Origin: a virus
Taxonomy: Duplodnaviria > Caudoviricetes
Reading direction: 5' to 3' (one strand)
Virus record (IMG/VR): IMGVR_UViG_3300006114_000002
Coordinates: 1-63,125 of that record
Length of the DNA: 63,125 bases
Part shown: one piece after another, positions 8,005-16,570 of the stretch
Numbering within the stretch: the first letter of the stretch is position 1
Layout: every line of letters begins with the position of its first letter
Program-made: the position numbers and the translations under genes
The notes under the pieces: generated by a model
Told to the model about the DNA's origin: nothing
Databases searched by the model: none
Seen by the model: the letters and a program-made list of their open reading frames with translations, nothing else

Positions 8005-10290
8005 ATGAAACCGACAGCACTACCAGTCAATTTTGGCAACATACCAAACGAGCTAAAGAGGATCAACCGTTGGGTGATGTGGCGCTATCTCCCCGTCGGG
8101 GAGGAGCAGGACCAGAAGTACAGCAAGGTACCGATGACTACACGTGGATCAAAGGCCTCATCCACAAACCCAATGACGTGGACGGACTTCTTTTCGGCGC
8201 AGGAGGCGTACAACACCGGCAATTTTGATGGGCTCGGTATCGTATTTGATGGCACCGGGAACCTGACAGGGATCGATATAGACGACTGCCTGACGAATGG
8301 TGAGCTGTCACAGTTTGCGAAGGATATACTCGACAAGGTCGAGGGCTACTGCGAGGTGAGCCCATCAGGTACCGGGGTCAAGATATTCACACTGACGGAG
8401 GGCGTGGATAAGTTTGTCGATCACTCTATCGGTCTGGAGGTCTACACAAAGGGTCGGTACTTTACGGTCACGGGGCACCACCTGCAGGGCACCATGCCCA
8501 CCGAGTTGCAGGATATGACGCCGCACATACCCAAGAGGACGATCACGCACTCTGGTGACGCATTCGAGGACTACAAGCCGCCACTTGAGGATTGGACGAT
8601 AGAGCGTGTCGAGTCCGAAATCATGCCCCACTTGGATCCAAACGGGTACGAGAACTGGCTCAACGTGGGAATGTGCCTACACCACCAGTTTGAGGGTGAT
8701 TATGAGGCTCTAGAGCTCTTCGATCGATGGTCCGAGGCCGGCACCACGTACGCAGCCGGGAGGTGCCAGGATAAGTGGCACACCTTCAAGGGATCGGGGC
8801 AGACGCTGCGATCACTGATCTACCTAGTCGGTCAAAAGAAACTCAAAGAAGCCCTCGATAATGGTGACATCGTGCTCGAGGCCAACAACCCGATCGATAA
8901 CGCCAGAAAATATTTGGAGTCCGAGCACAACGATGAGGAGGGTTTTAGACTCGTGCACTACGCAGGAGACTTCTACATATACACCGGGACCCACTACAGG
9001 CCGGTAGAGGAGGCCACGGTACGATCCGGTCTCTACATGTACCTGACGGCGTGTAAAAAGATGGTCAAGGGCAACCTAGTACCATTCAACCCCTCCCCTG
9101 CCGTCGTAAACGGCGTTCTGGACGCTTTAAAGGCGATCGTACACTTGGAGCAGGTGCCTGAGTCTAGACCGCCCGTATGGCTCAAGAATTTTGTCTCAAG
9201 CAAGCCACCCGCCGCACAGTTGGTATCGATGCGCAACGGGCTGTTTCACTTCGAGACTGACGTCCTACTGCCGCACTCGTTGGGGTTTTTTAATACGCAC
9301 TCTCTGCCCTACAGGTACGACCCGACTGCGACGTGCCCCAACTGGGACAAGTTTTTGAACGATATCTGGCCAGATGATCAGGAGTCTAAGGATCTGCTGA
9401 TGGAGTACATCGGGTACGTGCTATCTGGTGATACCAAGCAGCAGAAGTACCTATCCATCATCGGCCCACGCCGGTCTGGTAAGGGTACGATCAACCAGAT
9501 CCTACTCTCGTTACTCGGGGAGGAGAACGTCGTCAGTCCTCAGCTATTTGAGCTGTGCGATACGTTTGCGCTACAAAACTGGCTAGGTAAGCCGCTCGCA
9601 TCATTCTCTGATGCACGCATGACGCACCAGAATACGATCGGCGTCGTATCTCAGCTGCTGAGGATAGTCGGGGGTGATCCCGTCACGGTCAACAGGAAGA
9701 ACAAGGAGGCACTCAACGTCTTCCTGCCGACTCGGATCATCATGTTCTCCAACGAGGCCCTGCAGTTGTCGGAGAACAGCAACGCACTATCTGGCCGGAT
9801 GCTCATGCTGCAGATGAGGACGAGCTTTTTTGGGAAGGAGGACATCAACCTATCCGATAGGCTGACGAAGGAGCTCTCGGGCATATTCAACGCCTGCATG
9901 GCGGCCAACAGGAGGAGGCTTGCCAGACCCGGTGAGAGGTTTATACAGCCACGCTCGGCGCAGGAGACGCTCGATATGGCTGCAGAGATTGCAAACCCGA
10001 TGTCATCATTCATAGAGGATGTGCTAACATACGACGAGGATGGAATGGTCGACAAGGACGACATGTTTGCACTCTACAAGCGTTGGGCCACCCGGCAGAA
10101 TATTCAGCCTGGCACCTCACTCAGCTTTAAGAAGAGATTCATAGCATCCACGCAGGACCACGGCGTCAGCTCGCACAGGGACAGGACCGGGGGCAGTAAG
10201 GGTGAGTACGTATACCGTGGCGTCCGACTGAAGGAGAAGGCGCAGAGGTATATAGACTCGATCAGCGACTTTGAGAAGGAGGAATTTTGA
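8005..10290 (+). CDS. Primase-polymerase / PriCT-2 / D5-like SF3 helicase
   Basis: GIDIDDC, EVSPSGTGVKI, WLNVGMCLH, Walker A GPRRSGKGT. Confidence 0.92.
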   Translation: MKPTALPVNFGNIPNELKRINRWVMWRYLPVGEEQDQKYSKVPMTTRGSKASSTNPMTWTDFFSAQEAYNTGNFDGLGIVFDGTGNLTGIDIDDCLTNGELSQFAKDILDKVEGYCEVSPSGTGVKIFTLTEGVDKFVDHSIGLEVYTKGRYFTVTGHHLQGTMPTELQDMTPHIPKRTITHSGDAFEDYKPPLEDWTIERVESEIMPHLDPNGYENWLNVGMCLHHQFEGDYEALELFDRWSEAGTTYAAGRCQDKWHTFKGSGQTLRSLIYLVGQKKLKEALDNGDIVLEANNPIDNARKYLESEHNDEEGFRLVHYAGDFYIYTGTHYRPVEEATVRSGLYMYLTACKKMVKGNLVPFNPSPAVVNGVLDALKAIVHLEQVPESRPPVWLKNFVSSKPPAAQLVSMRNGLFHFETDVLLPHSLGFFNTHSLPYRYDPTATCPNWDKFLNDIWPDDQESKDLLMEYIGYVLSGDTKQQKYLSIIGPRRSGKGTINQILLSLLGEENVVSPQLFELCDTFALQNWLGKPLASFSDARMTHQNTIGVVSQLLRIVGGDPVTVNRKNKEALNVFLPTRIIMFSNEALQLSENSNALSGRMLMLQMRTSFFGKEDINLSDRLTKELSGIFNACMAANRRRLARPGERFIQPRSAQETLDMAAEIANPMSSFIEDVLTYDEDGMVDKDDMFALYKRWATRQNIQPGTSLSFKKRFIASTQDHGVSSHRDRTGGSKGEYVYRGVRLKEKAQRYIDSISDFEKEEF

Positions 10291-10518
10291 GTGAAAAACA
10301 AGACAGAGGCACAGCACGCATATGATGACTGGAAGTCCCAATTCCGTGTCAACATGGTAGTATTTACGGATGAGCAAATGTTTTGCATCGGTTACGAGTC
10401 CAGAGACGAGTACGTCAAGGATCTGGAGGCCGTCGTAAAGGATCTGGATAAGGAGCTCACGAAGTACAAAAAGGCCGCCATCAAGTCAAAGGAGAAGCCT
10501 AGTGTCAAGCCAAAATAA
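10291..10518 (+). CDS. Hypothetical protein
   Basis: Abuts primase stop; AAGGAGG RBS. Confidence 0.6.
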   Translation: MKNKTEAQHAYDDWKSQFRVNMVVFTDEQMFCIGYESRDEYVKDLEAVVKDLDKELTKYKKAAIKSKEKPSVKPK

Positions 10519-10693
10519 AACTGCGCCAGATACTGAGAACTGCGCCAAGTGCGCCGAGTGTGGCGATGTGATAGAGAGCAGGCACAGGCACGACTTTGTC
10601 TGGTGCAAGTGTGGTGCGATTGCGGTAGACGGCGGGCAGGACTACATGCGCAGGATCGGTGACCCGAAAAACTTTTTACCCGTAGAGGATTAA
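10502..10693 (+). CDS. Small Zn-binding protein
   Basis: CAEC..HRHDF..CKCG..AVDGG. Confidence 0.7.
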   Translation: MSSQNKTAPDTENCAKCAECGDVIESRHRHDFVWCKCGAIAVDGGQDYMRRIGDPKNFLPVED

Positions 10694-10912
10694 ATGCCGA
10701 AGGCTAAAAACAAGATTAAGTTAGAGTTTGCACCCGGATGTTTTGATGACATCGGTGATGACGTGACTCAGGAGGATATCGATCAGATGGTCGCATACAT
10801 CACTCAAGCGATAGCGGATGGGAGTATTATGGAGATGTCGGAGCCGCTCTCGGATGAGGAGGCGGAGAAACTATTTCAGGATATGGAAAATAAAAGGAAT
10901 ACAAGGCAATGA
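10694..10912 (+). CDS. Acidic hypothetical protein
   Basis: Coupled ORF. Confidence 0.65.
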   Translation: MPKAKNKIKLEFAPGCFDDIGDDVTQEDIDQMVAYITQAIADGSIMEMSEPLSDEEAEKLFQDMENKRNTRQ

Positions 10913-11211
10913 TATTCACAAAGACGCAAGAATTGATACTGGATATGTGCACCGGGGAGGGGAAGACCAAGCGTGAGATATCCGAATTGACCGGCATACG
11001 TCTGGATACGATCAACCACCACCTGAGAAAACTGAGGGTATCTGGGCACCTCAACATGGTAGGGTACGACCGCAGCAAGGCCACCAAGGGCACGTTTATC
11101 ACGGTATCGAGCGGTGTTGATCAGTTTATGACCGACAACGTAATACGCAGGGCCCACAGACTGCCCCACATGGCGCACGACCCGTTTGGTCTGGCTAGGA
11201 GAAAAGAGTGA
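10909..11211 (+). CDS. Winged-HTH DNA-binding protein
   Basis: KTKREISELTGIRLDTINHHLRKL. Confidence 0.7.
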   Translation: MIFTKTQELILDMCTGEGKTKREISELTGIRLDTINHHLRKLRVSGHLNMVGYDRSKATKGTFITVSSGVDQFMTDNVIRRAHRLPHMAHDPFGLARRKE

Positions 11212-11447
11212 GGCTGATCATCAAACTCGTCAAGGAGAACCCAGACGGTTCCGGGGTATGCAACGTCGAGTATGACAGTGAGGCCCTCCAGTTACTGATC
11301 CAGTACGGGCTCACGTCCATCATGAAGGAGGCTCTCGAAAACGAGCGTCTAAGGAGTCTACAACCATTTGATGCCCACAATACGTGGCCATTCGAGAGTA
11401 AACCTAAATCACCTAAAAAAAGGGCACCCAAAAATGAAGCTAAATAG
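11208..11447 (+). CDS. Hypothetical protein
   Basis: GTGA coupling. Confidence 0.6.
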   Translation: MRLIIKLVKENPDGSGVCNVEYDSEALQLLIQYGLTSIMKEALENERLRSLQPFDAHNTWPFESKPKSPKKRAPKNEAK

Positions 11448-11667
11448 TGACGAGAAGCAGGCCAAAGACTTGGCGATGTTTATCGATAGCCAAAAGTGGG
11501 GCGATCCGAGGGCCCTCCTGACGGCACTCATACTCATCCTAGGCAGCACGACGATACACATGGGCATCTCTTGCGAGGATGCTCAGGATCTCGTATCGGG
11601 CGTGATAGAGAACGTATACACGCAGATAGAGTCGATCACGACGACTCAAGGGATGACGATGCAATGA
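11434..11667 (+). CDS. Hypothetical protein
   Basis: Coupled ORF. Confidence 0.55.
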   Translation: MKLNSDEKQAKDLAMFIDSQKWGDPRALLTALILILGSTTIHMGISCEDAQDLVSGVIENVYTQIESITTTQGMTMQ

Positions 11668-12245
11668 AGAAACCCAAGTACAACTACTACCACGTCGATG
11701 CGGGCCACTTCCCGGTATCAATAAAACTTTGCTTTGACAACAGTGAGTTTCAGAAGATACTCAAGGATCACGATATACGTGTGCGTGCCAATGCACTCGA
11801 GCTCGGGATAGCAGAGACGCACGTTATATCGGACGGGCGTGAGGCGATCGTCATCCTAGTATTTGACCTGGCTGAGTGTGATCAGGGTGAGGCCTACCTG
11901 GCGGGTACCGTGGCGCACGAGGCCACTCACTGCGTCAGTCGAGTATTTGAGCACATAGGCGAGGAGCCGGACTATATCGGCGAGGAGAGCCGGGCGTATC
12001 TCACGGAGCATATTGTCCGGCAAATCACTCAGGCCGTTATTAACGAGAAGGAAAAGCGTGCTAGAAAAACAAATCGAGCAGCATCTAGTAAAAAGGGTGA
12101 GACAAGCGAGGGGCTTGTCCTACAAGTGGATATCGACGGTGACGGGGGTACCGGACCGGATAGTCATCCTGAACCAAAGGCTACACTTGGTAGAGCTGAA
12201 GACCGCAAGTGGCGTCTTGTCGGCACGTCAAAAAATCGTATTTAA
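11664..12245 (+). CDS. HExxH metalloprotein
   Basis: TVAHEATHC...GEESRAYL; start by ATGA overlap. Confidence 0.65.
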   Translation: MKKPKYNYYHVDAGHFPVSIKLCFDNSEFQKILKDHDIRVRANALELGIAETHVISDGREAIVILVFDLAECDQGEAYLAGTVAHEATHCVSRVFEHIGEEPDYIGEESRAYLTEHIVRQITQAVINEKEKRARKTNRAASSKKGETSEGLVLQVDIDGDGGTGPDSHPEPKATLGRAEDRKWRLVGTSKNRI

Positions 12246-12348
12246 AGATCTTGAGAGCCACGGGCTCACGGTACACATTCTAAGGAGCAGGGAAGATGTC
12301 GACAACTTCATTGAAGCGGCAGTACGTGATGGAGGAGTACCCGGATGA
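12058..12348 (+). CDS. VRR-NUC domain nuclease
   Basis: EKQIE...GVPDRIV...VELK...LSARQ. Confidence 0.88.
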   Translation: MLEKQIEQHLVKRVRQARGLSYKWISTVTGVPDRIVILNQRLHLVELKTASGVLSARQKIVFKDLESHGLTVHILRSREDVDNFIEAAVRDGGVPG

Positions 12349-12559
12349 AGAATTCCTTTTCATGGAGCCAAACGACTTCGATGCAGCAATTGTTGGAGTG
12401 ACTTCATTCGATCCTGTCGTCGTCTATGATGCCCACAAGATCATCGAGATCTTAGAGTCGCAGGGCATGTGTAACAGCGAGGCTCTCCGATATTTTGATT
12501 GTAATATTGCCGGGGCGTACATGGGCGAGAAGACTCCGGTTTATATTTGGGGAGTCTGA
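12296..12559 (+). CDS. Conserved hypothetical protein
   Basis: FDAAIVGV..VVYD..K..EA..YF..NI.GAYMGE.TP. Confidence 0.7.
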   Translation: MSTTSLKRQYVMEEYPDEEFLFMEPNDFDAAIVGVTSFDPVVVYDAHKIIEILESQGMCNSEALRYFDCNIAGAYMGEKTPVYIWGV

Positions 12560-12563
12560 CGAA

Positions 12564-13412
12564 GTGAAGGCATGCTCTAAGTGCGGCAAACAAAAGCCGC
12601 TGACTGAGTTTAGCAAAGATAGCCGTATTAAAAATGGTTTTCGGTCAAAATGTAAAACTTGCGAAGCGGCCTATCGTGCCACAAATAGGGAGCGATATGC
12701 AGCCTATCGTGCCACAAATAGGGAGCGACATGCAGCCTATCGTGCCGCAAATAGGGAGCGATATGCAGCCTACTACGCCGCCAACATTGACAAATTTAAC
12801 GCACGTAGTGCAAAACGCCATGCAGCTAAATTGCAGCGGACACCGCCATGGCTAACACAGGAACACTTGGAGCAGATAGCCAATTTTTACAAATTGTCTA
12901 GACACATGACAGAAATAACTGGCGAACAATACCACGTTGATCATATAATCCCGCTACAGGGCGATACAGTATCCGGGCTCCACGTACCCTGGAACCTGCA
13001 GGTCATACCGGCTAAAATCAACTTAAGCAAACGTAATAAACTAATGGATAATTATGCTGACCAAACAAAATCTACACCCGTACCAGTTGAGCATGATCAA
13101 ACTGGGTACGAGCGTGCCAAATCTGGGGCTATTCATGGAGCCGGGGCTGGGCAAGACAGTGACAGCCCTCACGATTATTGCAGAGAGTCCAACGGGCAAG
13201 ACTCTGATTGTTGCCCCGAAGAAAGTTGCAGAGTCAGTATGGAGTCAAGAGTGTCAGAAGTGGCAACATCTACAGCACCTGAAGGTAGTCAAGGTCATGG
13301 GGACGCCACAACAGCGCCTGTCAGCTTTAAAAAGTCAAAGCGACGTGTACGTCGTCAACGTCGAGAATCTCCCATGGGTACTCGACCAGATGGGCAGTTA
13401 TCCCTTTTTTGA
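12564..13412 (+). CDS. HNH homing endonuclease (Zn ribbon + HNH); frame runs on 359 nt into the helicase gene
   Basis: CSKC..CKTC; YHVDHIIPL..GLHVPWNLQ..N..KRN; internal 33-nt tandem repeat (AAYRATNRERY). Confidence 0.85.
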   Translation: MKACSKCGKQKPLTEFSKDSRIKNGFRSKCKTCEAAYRATNRERYAAYRATNRERHAAYRAANRERYAAYYAANIDKFNARSAKRHAAKLQRTPPWLTQEHLEQIANFYKLSRHMTEITGEQYHVDHIIPLQGDTVSGLHVPWNLQVIPAKINLSKRNKLMDNYADQTKSTPVPVEHDQTGYERAKSGAIHGAGAGQDSDSPHDYCRESNGQDSDCCPEESCRVSMESRVSEVATSTAPEGSQGHGDATTAPVSFKKSKRRVRRQRRESPMGTRPDGQLSLF

Positions 13413-14391
13413 TTACCTGATAATAGACGAGTCAAGCCGATTCAAGGACCCCAGCACGAAACGGTTTAAGGCTATTAAGAAATACTTAGCCAAATTTGAT
13501 AAGCGCATCATACTGACGGGTACACCGACGCCTCAGGGTCTGGCCGACCTATGGTCACAGGTCGGGATACTTGACCTCGGCAAGAGACTGGAGACCTCGA
13601 TAACCAAATTCAGGGCCAAGTACATGTTTGCGGCGGATCGAAATCGTCACACGGGAGTCGTATACAAGTGGGACCTAAACCCGGGAGCAGCGCAGATCAT
13701 TCTTGACAAAATCTCGGACATCTGCATATCACTCAAGGCGGAGGACTATCTGCAACTTCCGAAGTTGAGCAAGATCTACCACAAGATCGAGATCGATAAA
13801 GACGTGCGTCAGCAGTATGCGAGGATGAAGAAGAGCATGGTCCTCGATATTGGTGAGGAGCAGATCACGGCACCCACGGCTGCGACCCTCGTCAACAAGC
13901 TGCTGCAGCTAACGTCTGGGGCCGTCTACGGCGAGGATGGATGGAGCCACGTGCATGACGCCAAGATAGACTACCTGGAGGAGCTCCTGGAGTCCTCGAG
14001 TGCCCCTACGCTACTCTTCTACCACTTCAAGCACAGCAGGGAGCGTATACTGGAGAGATTCCCGCACGCCGTGGAGTTGAGTGAGGGCAAGATACAAGAC
14101 TGGCGTGATGGCAAAATAAAGCTCCTGATAGCACACCCGCAGTCTGGCGGTATCGGACTCAATCTGCAGTGCAATGTCGGCGATCTGGCTCAGTTGGTCT
14201 GGTTTGACCTCCCGTGGTCGAGTGAGAATTTTGTGCAGGCGAATGCGAGAATTTATCGTCAGGGCCAGGAGAAGCCGGTAGTGATACACCACCTGACTGT
14301 ACCGGACACCATCGATGAGAGGGTGGTTGACGTACTTGAGGGTAAGATTAAAATTCAGGATGCCCTACTTGACGAGTTAAAATTAACATGA
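13054..14391 (+). CDS. SNF2-family helicase
   Basis: LHPYQ, PGLGKT, IIDESS, LTGTP, GLNLQ, QANARIYRQGQ. Confidence 0.92.
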   Translation: MLTKQNLHPYQLSMIKLGTSVPNLGLFMEPGLGKTVTALTIIAESPTGKTLIVAPKKVAESVWSQECQKWQHLQHLKVVKVMGTPQQRLSALKSQSDVYVVNVENLPWVLDQMGSYPFFDYLIIDESSRFKDPSTKRFKAIKKYLAKFDKRIILTGTPTPQGLADLWSQVGILDLGKRLETSITKFRAKYMFAADRNRHTGVVYKWDLNPGAAQIILDKISDICISLKAEDYLQLPKLSKIYHKIEIDKDVRQQYARMKKSMVLDIGEEQITAPTAATLVNKLLQLTSGAVYGEDGWSHVHDAKIDYLEELLESSSAPTLLFYHFKHSRERILERFPHAVELSEGKIQDWRDGKIKLLIAHPQSGGIGLNLQCNVGDLAQLVWFDLPWSSENFVQANARIYRQGQEKPVVIHHLTVPDTIDERVVDVLEGKIKIQDALLDELKLT

Positions 14392-14702
14392 AGCACATAA
14401 TCAGTTATACTGTCAATGCGGCACACCCTCGCCTATCTGACGAGGAGCCGGACCTACTTGAGCAGGACGATAGTCAGCCGGAGGGCTCGACACACTCCCA
14501 GGAGGGTTGGCTCCCGTGGAGTGCTGAGGACTTGATGGATATCCGTAAGATTATCGAGCACCAGATGCCTCGCAAGGAGCGTGAGATTATAGAGGCGTAT
14601 TTAGCCGGGCTAAACAACAAGAGCCTCGGCGTGACAGAGAAGTACTGGAGGTACCACTTTGAGAGGGGTATCAAATTTATTAAAAAGGAGCTTGAGATAT
14701 GA
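14388..14702 (+). CDS. Free-standing sigma70 region-4-like protein (putative late activator or second sigma subunit)
   Basis: Acidic linker then MPRKEREIIEAYLAGL..LGVT....R....RGIKFIKKEL, resembling LPEREREVL...GL...LGIS...R....RAL.KLR..L. Confidence 0.6.
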   Translation: MKHIISYTVNAAHPRLSDEEPDLLEQDDSQPEGSTHSQEGWLPWSAEDLMDIRKIIEHQMPRKEREIIEAYLAGLNNKSLGVTEKYWRYHFERGIKFIKKELEI

Positions 14703-14995
14703 CAGACTTGAAGAGCTACATCGGGATGATTGAAAAGCGGGACCCCTACATCGGCGCATACTCACTCGGGCTTGGTACGGGTAGGGTCAAAGACGTCGTC
14801 AACCACCCCCCGCACTACACGCAGCACCCGAGCGGTATTGAGTGCATACAGATCACGGAGCACATGGGTTTTAACCTCGGCAACGCCATCAAATATATCT
14901 GGCGTGCGGACCTGAAGGGCAACAGCATCGAGGACCTCAAGAAGGCGGTCTGGTACATCAATCGAGAGATTGCTAAGAGAGAGAATTCCAAATGA
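14699..14995 (+). CDS. DUF3310-type protein
   Basis: DVVNHPPHYT..GIECI..FNLGNAIKYIWRA..K...EDLKKA.WY. Confidence 0.88.
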   Translation: MTDLKSYIGMIEKRDPYIGAYSLGLGTGRVKDVVNHPPHYTQHPSGIECIQITEHMGFNLGNAIKYIWRADLKGNSIEDLKKAVWYINREIAKRENSK

Positions 14996-15267
14996 AGTAT
15001 TTTGATGAGTTGACAGAACTTGAGACTGTCATGATTGATCTGTCTTGTCATGTATCGCTTTTGCAGGCGTATGCACTCGCATGCGAGTCCGGATTAAATG
15101 AGGAGGATAGGCAGAATGCGATCGGGCTGATTACAGACTCCATGCAGGGGTACTGCAGCAAGCTGTTTGATATGCACCAGGCACTCTTTAACAGAATCAG
15201 GGAGGATACGCATGAGAAGCCCAAAAAGGCAGAAAAGGGATGCGCTAAAGGAAAAGACAAGGTTTGA
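14992..15267 (+). CDS. Hypothetical protein
   Basis: ATGA coupling. Confidence 0.6.
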   Translation: MKYFDELTELETVMIDLSCHVSLLQAYALACESGLNEEDRQNAIGLITDSMQGYCSKLFDMHQALFNRIREDTHEKPKKAEKGCAKGKDKV

Positions 15268-15469
15268 CCTGGAGCAGGAGATTCAATTGGCCTGGAATAC
15301 TAAGGAGGATCTCGAGCTCTTTCTGCGGGCCAAGTTTGACAGAGTGGAGCCCATGACGGAGGATGAGGAGGCTAATATTCTGATAGGAATCATCCACCTA
15401 TTCAATATGCGGATGCAACAGGTCTGGGATACCCAGGAATTTTTAATTAAAAAAGGAGCACTACTGTGA
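15212..15469 (+). CDS. Hypothetical protein (RFDLEQEI...W type)
   Basis: GGAGG RBS. Confidence 0.6.
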   Translation: MRSPKRQKRDALKEKTRFDLEQEIQLAWNTKEDLELFLRAKFDRVEPMTEDEEANILIGIIHLFNMRMQQVWDTQEFLIKKGALL

Positions 15470-15684
15470 GTGAAATTAGCATCGATTTTACCGTTGAGCA
15501 GATCAATAGCCTACTCAACATTCTAAACACGCCGACCCAGGTACCCACCGTCGTCTTATTTAACTTCATCAGCCTGATTCAGCAGCAGGCCGAGCCCCAG
15601 TTTAAGAAACTAGAGGAGACGCAGAAGGCGATTGCCGATGCACTGGCCAAACAGGGCGGTGAGGTACCAAAAGATGGCGAGTGA
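15466..15684 (+). CDS. Small helical protein, similar to the 40515-40694 product
   Basis: FTVEQIN.LL.IL..P......I..IQQQ. Confidence 0.6.
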   Translation: MSEISIDFTVEQINSLLNILNTPTQVPTVVLFNFISLIQQQAEPQFKKLEETQKAIADALAKQGGEVPKDGE

Positions 15685-15862
15685 CCTACTTTTGAAGATG
15701 CTATCCAATGCCGGCGTATCTAACAAGCAGAACGTCGAGCAGGCACGCATGGAGCTCGCAGGGGCCATTACACGTGTCGTCCTCAACCAGACCATACAGG
15801 AGGCTAAGCAGCGTGCAAAAATTCGTGACGAGGCCCTAAACAAGGGCGAAAAGTCCGAGTAA
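15674..15862 (+). CDS. Hypothetical protein
   Basis: GAGG RBS. Confidence 0.6.
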   Translation: MASDLLLKMLSNAGVSNKQNVEQARMELAGAITRVVLNQTIQEAKQRAKIRDEALNKGEKSE

Positions 15863-15880
15863 TTTGCATAAGTAGTAATA
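15844..15880 (+). promoter_or_regulatory. Late promoter (bipartite)
   Basis: GGGC-N15-TTTGCATAAGTAG-TAAT-A, upstream of terS. Confidence 0.8.
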
Positions 15881-16053
15881 GGACACGTCGGGAGACGCTC
15901 CGTTACTCGGTCCTTACGACGCCGGATAAACGTAACCGGCACAAAAAATACCCCTCTAGTTACTTAGGTGGCTAGACGCAGCCCTTCCGGGCTTGCTTTG
16001 CACGACAATACCCCCCAAGCCTCTTAACAATGCTCACCCCGGGGGGTTTTCTT
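15880..16053 (+). ncRNA. Candidate structured RNA or leader (five hairpins)
   Basis: ORF-free; hairpins at 15886-15897, 15921-15940, 15956-15975, 15978-15996, 16011-16046 followed by U tract. Confidence 0.45.
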
Positions 16054-16069
16054 AACAGTGGAAAACTCA

Positions 16070-16456
16070 ATGACAGTGAGCAAATACGATCCTAAGATGT
16101 TGGAGACCATGATCGAGATGGGTCGCCAGGGTGCGTCCCAGAAGATGATCTGGTCCGAGCTCGGGATATCCAAATCGACGGCGGACGCATGGCGCAAAAA
16201 ATACCCCGACTTTGCCGATGCACTGGATCTGGCACTCGTCCATAGCCAGGCCTACTGGGAGCGACTGATGCTCGCCAACGCCGAGAACAAAAATTTCAAC
16301 ACACGCATGGTGGAGGTTGCAGTACGTGGCCAGTTTCAGCAGGACTACCGTGAGCGTATGGATATCAAGCAGGACATCAACCAGAAGGTCGAGGTCGACT
16401 TTAATGCAGCCGTGACCGACCTGATCGCCCAACTCAAGAAGGCCGGCGAAGAGTAA
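16070..16456 (+). CDS. terS: Terminase small subunit-like HTH protein
   Basis: SKYDP...G.S...I..ELGIS.ST...W.K.YPDFA.A...A...SQAYWE, typical TerS N-terminus. Confidence 0.7.
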   Translation: MTVSKYDPKMLETMIEMGRQGASQKMIWSELGISKSTADAWRKKYPDFADALDLALVHSQAYWERLMLANAENKNFNTRMVEVAVRGQFQQDYRERMDIKQDINQKVEVDFNAAVTDLIAQLKKAGEE

Positions 16457-16481
16457 ACCCCCCAAAAAATATATTTTCAAG

Positions 16482-16510
16482 AAGGGCAGACCGAAAGGCT
16501 GCCCTTTTTT
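16482..16510 (+). terminator. Rho-independent terminator
   Basis: AAGGGCAG-ACCGAAAGG-CTGCCCTT plus T run. Confidence 0.8.
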
Positions 16511-16520
16511 GCATAAGTAG
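16508..16520 (+). promoter_or_regulatory. Phage-sigma promoter core without correctly spaced GGGC (putative middle promoter)
   Basis: TTTGCATAAGTAG upstream of DUF2800/SSB operon. Confidence 0.6.
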
Positions 16521-16570
16521 TTTATACTCACAGTAATTCAACGCTAAACAGGTAAACAGGTAAACAGATC

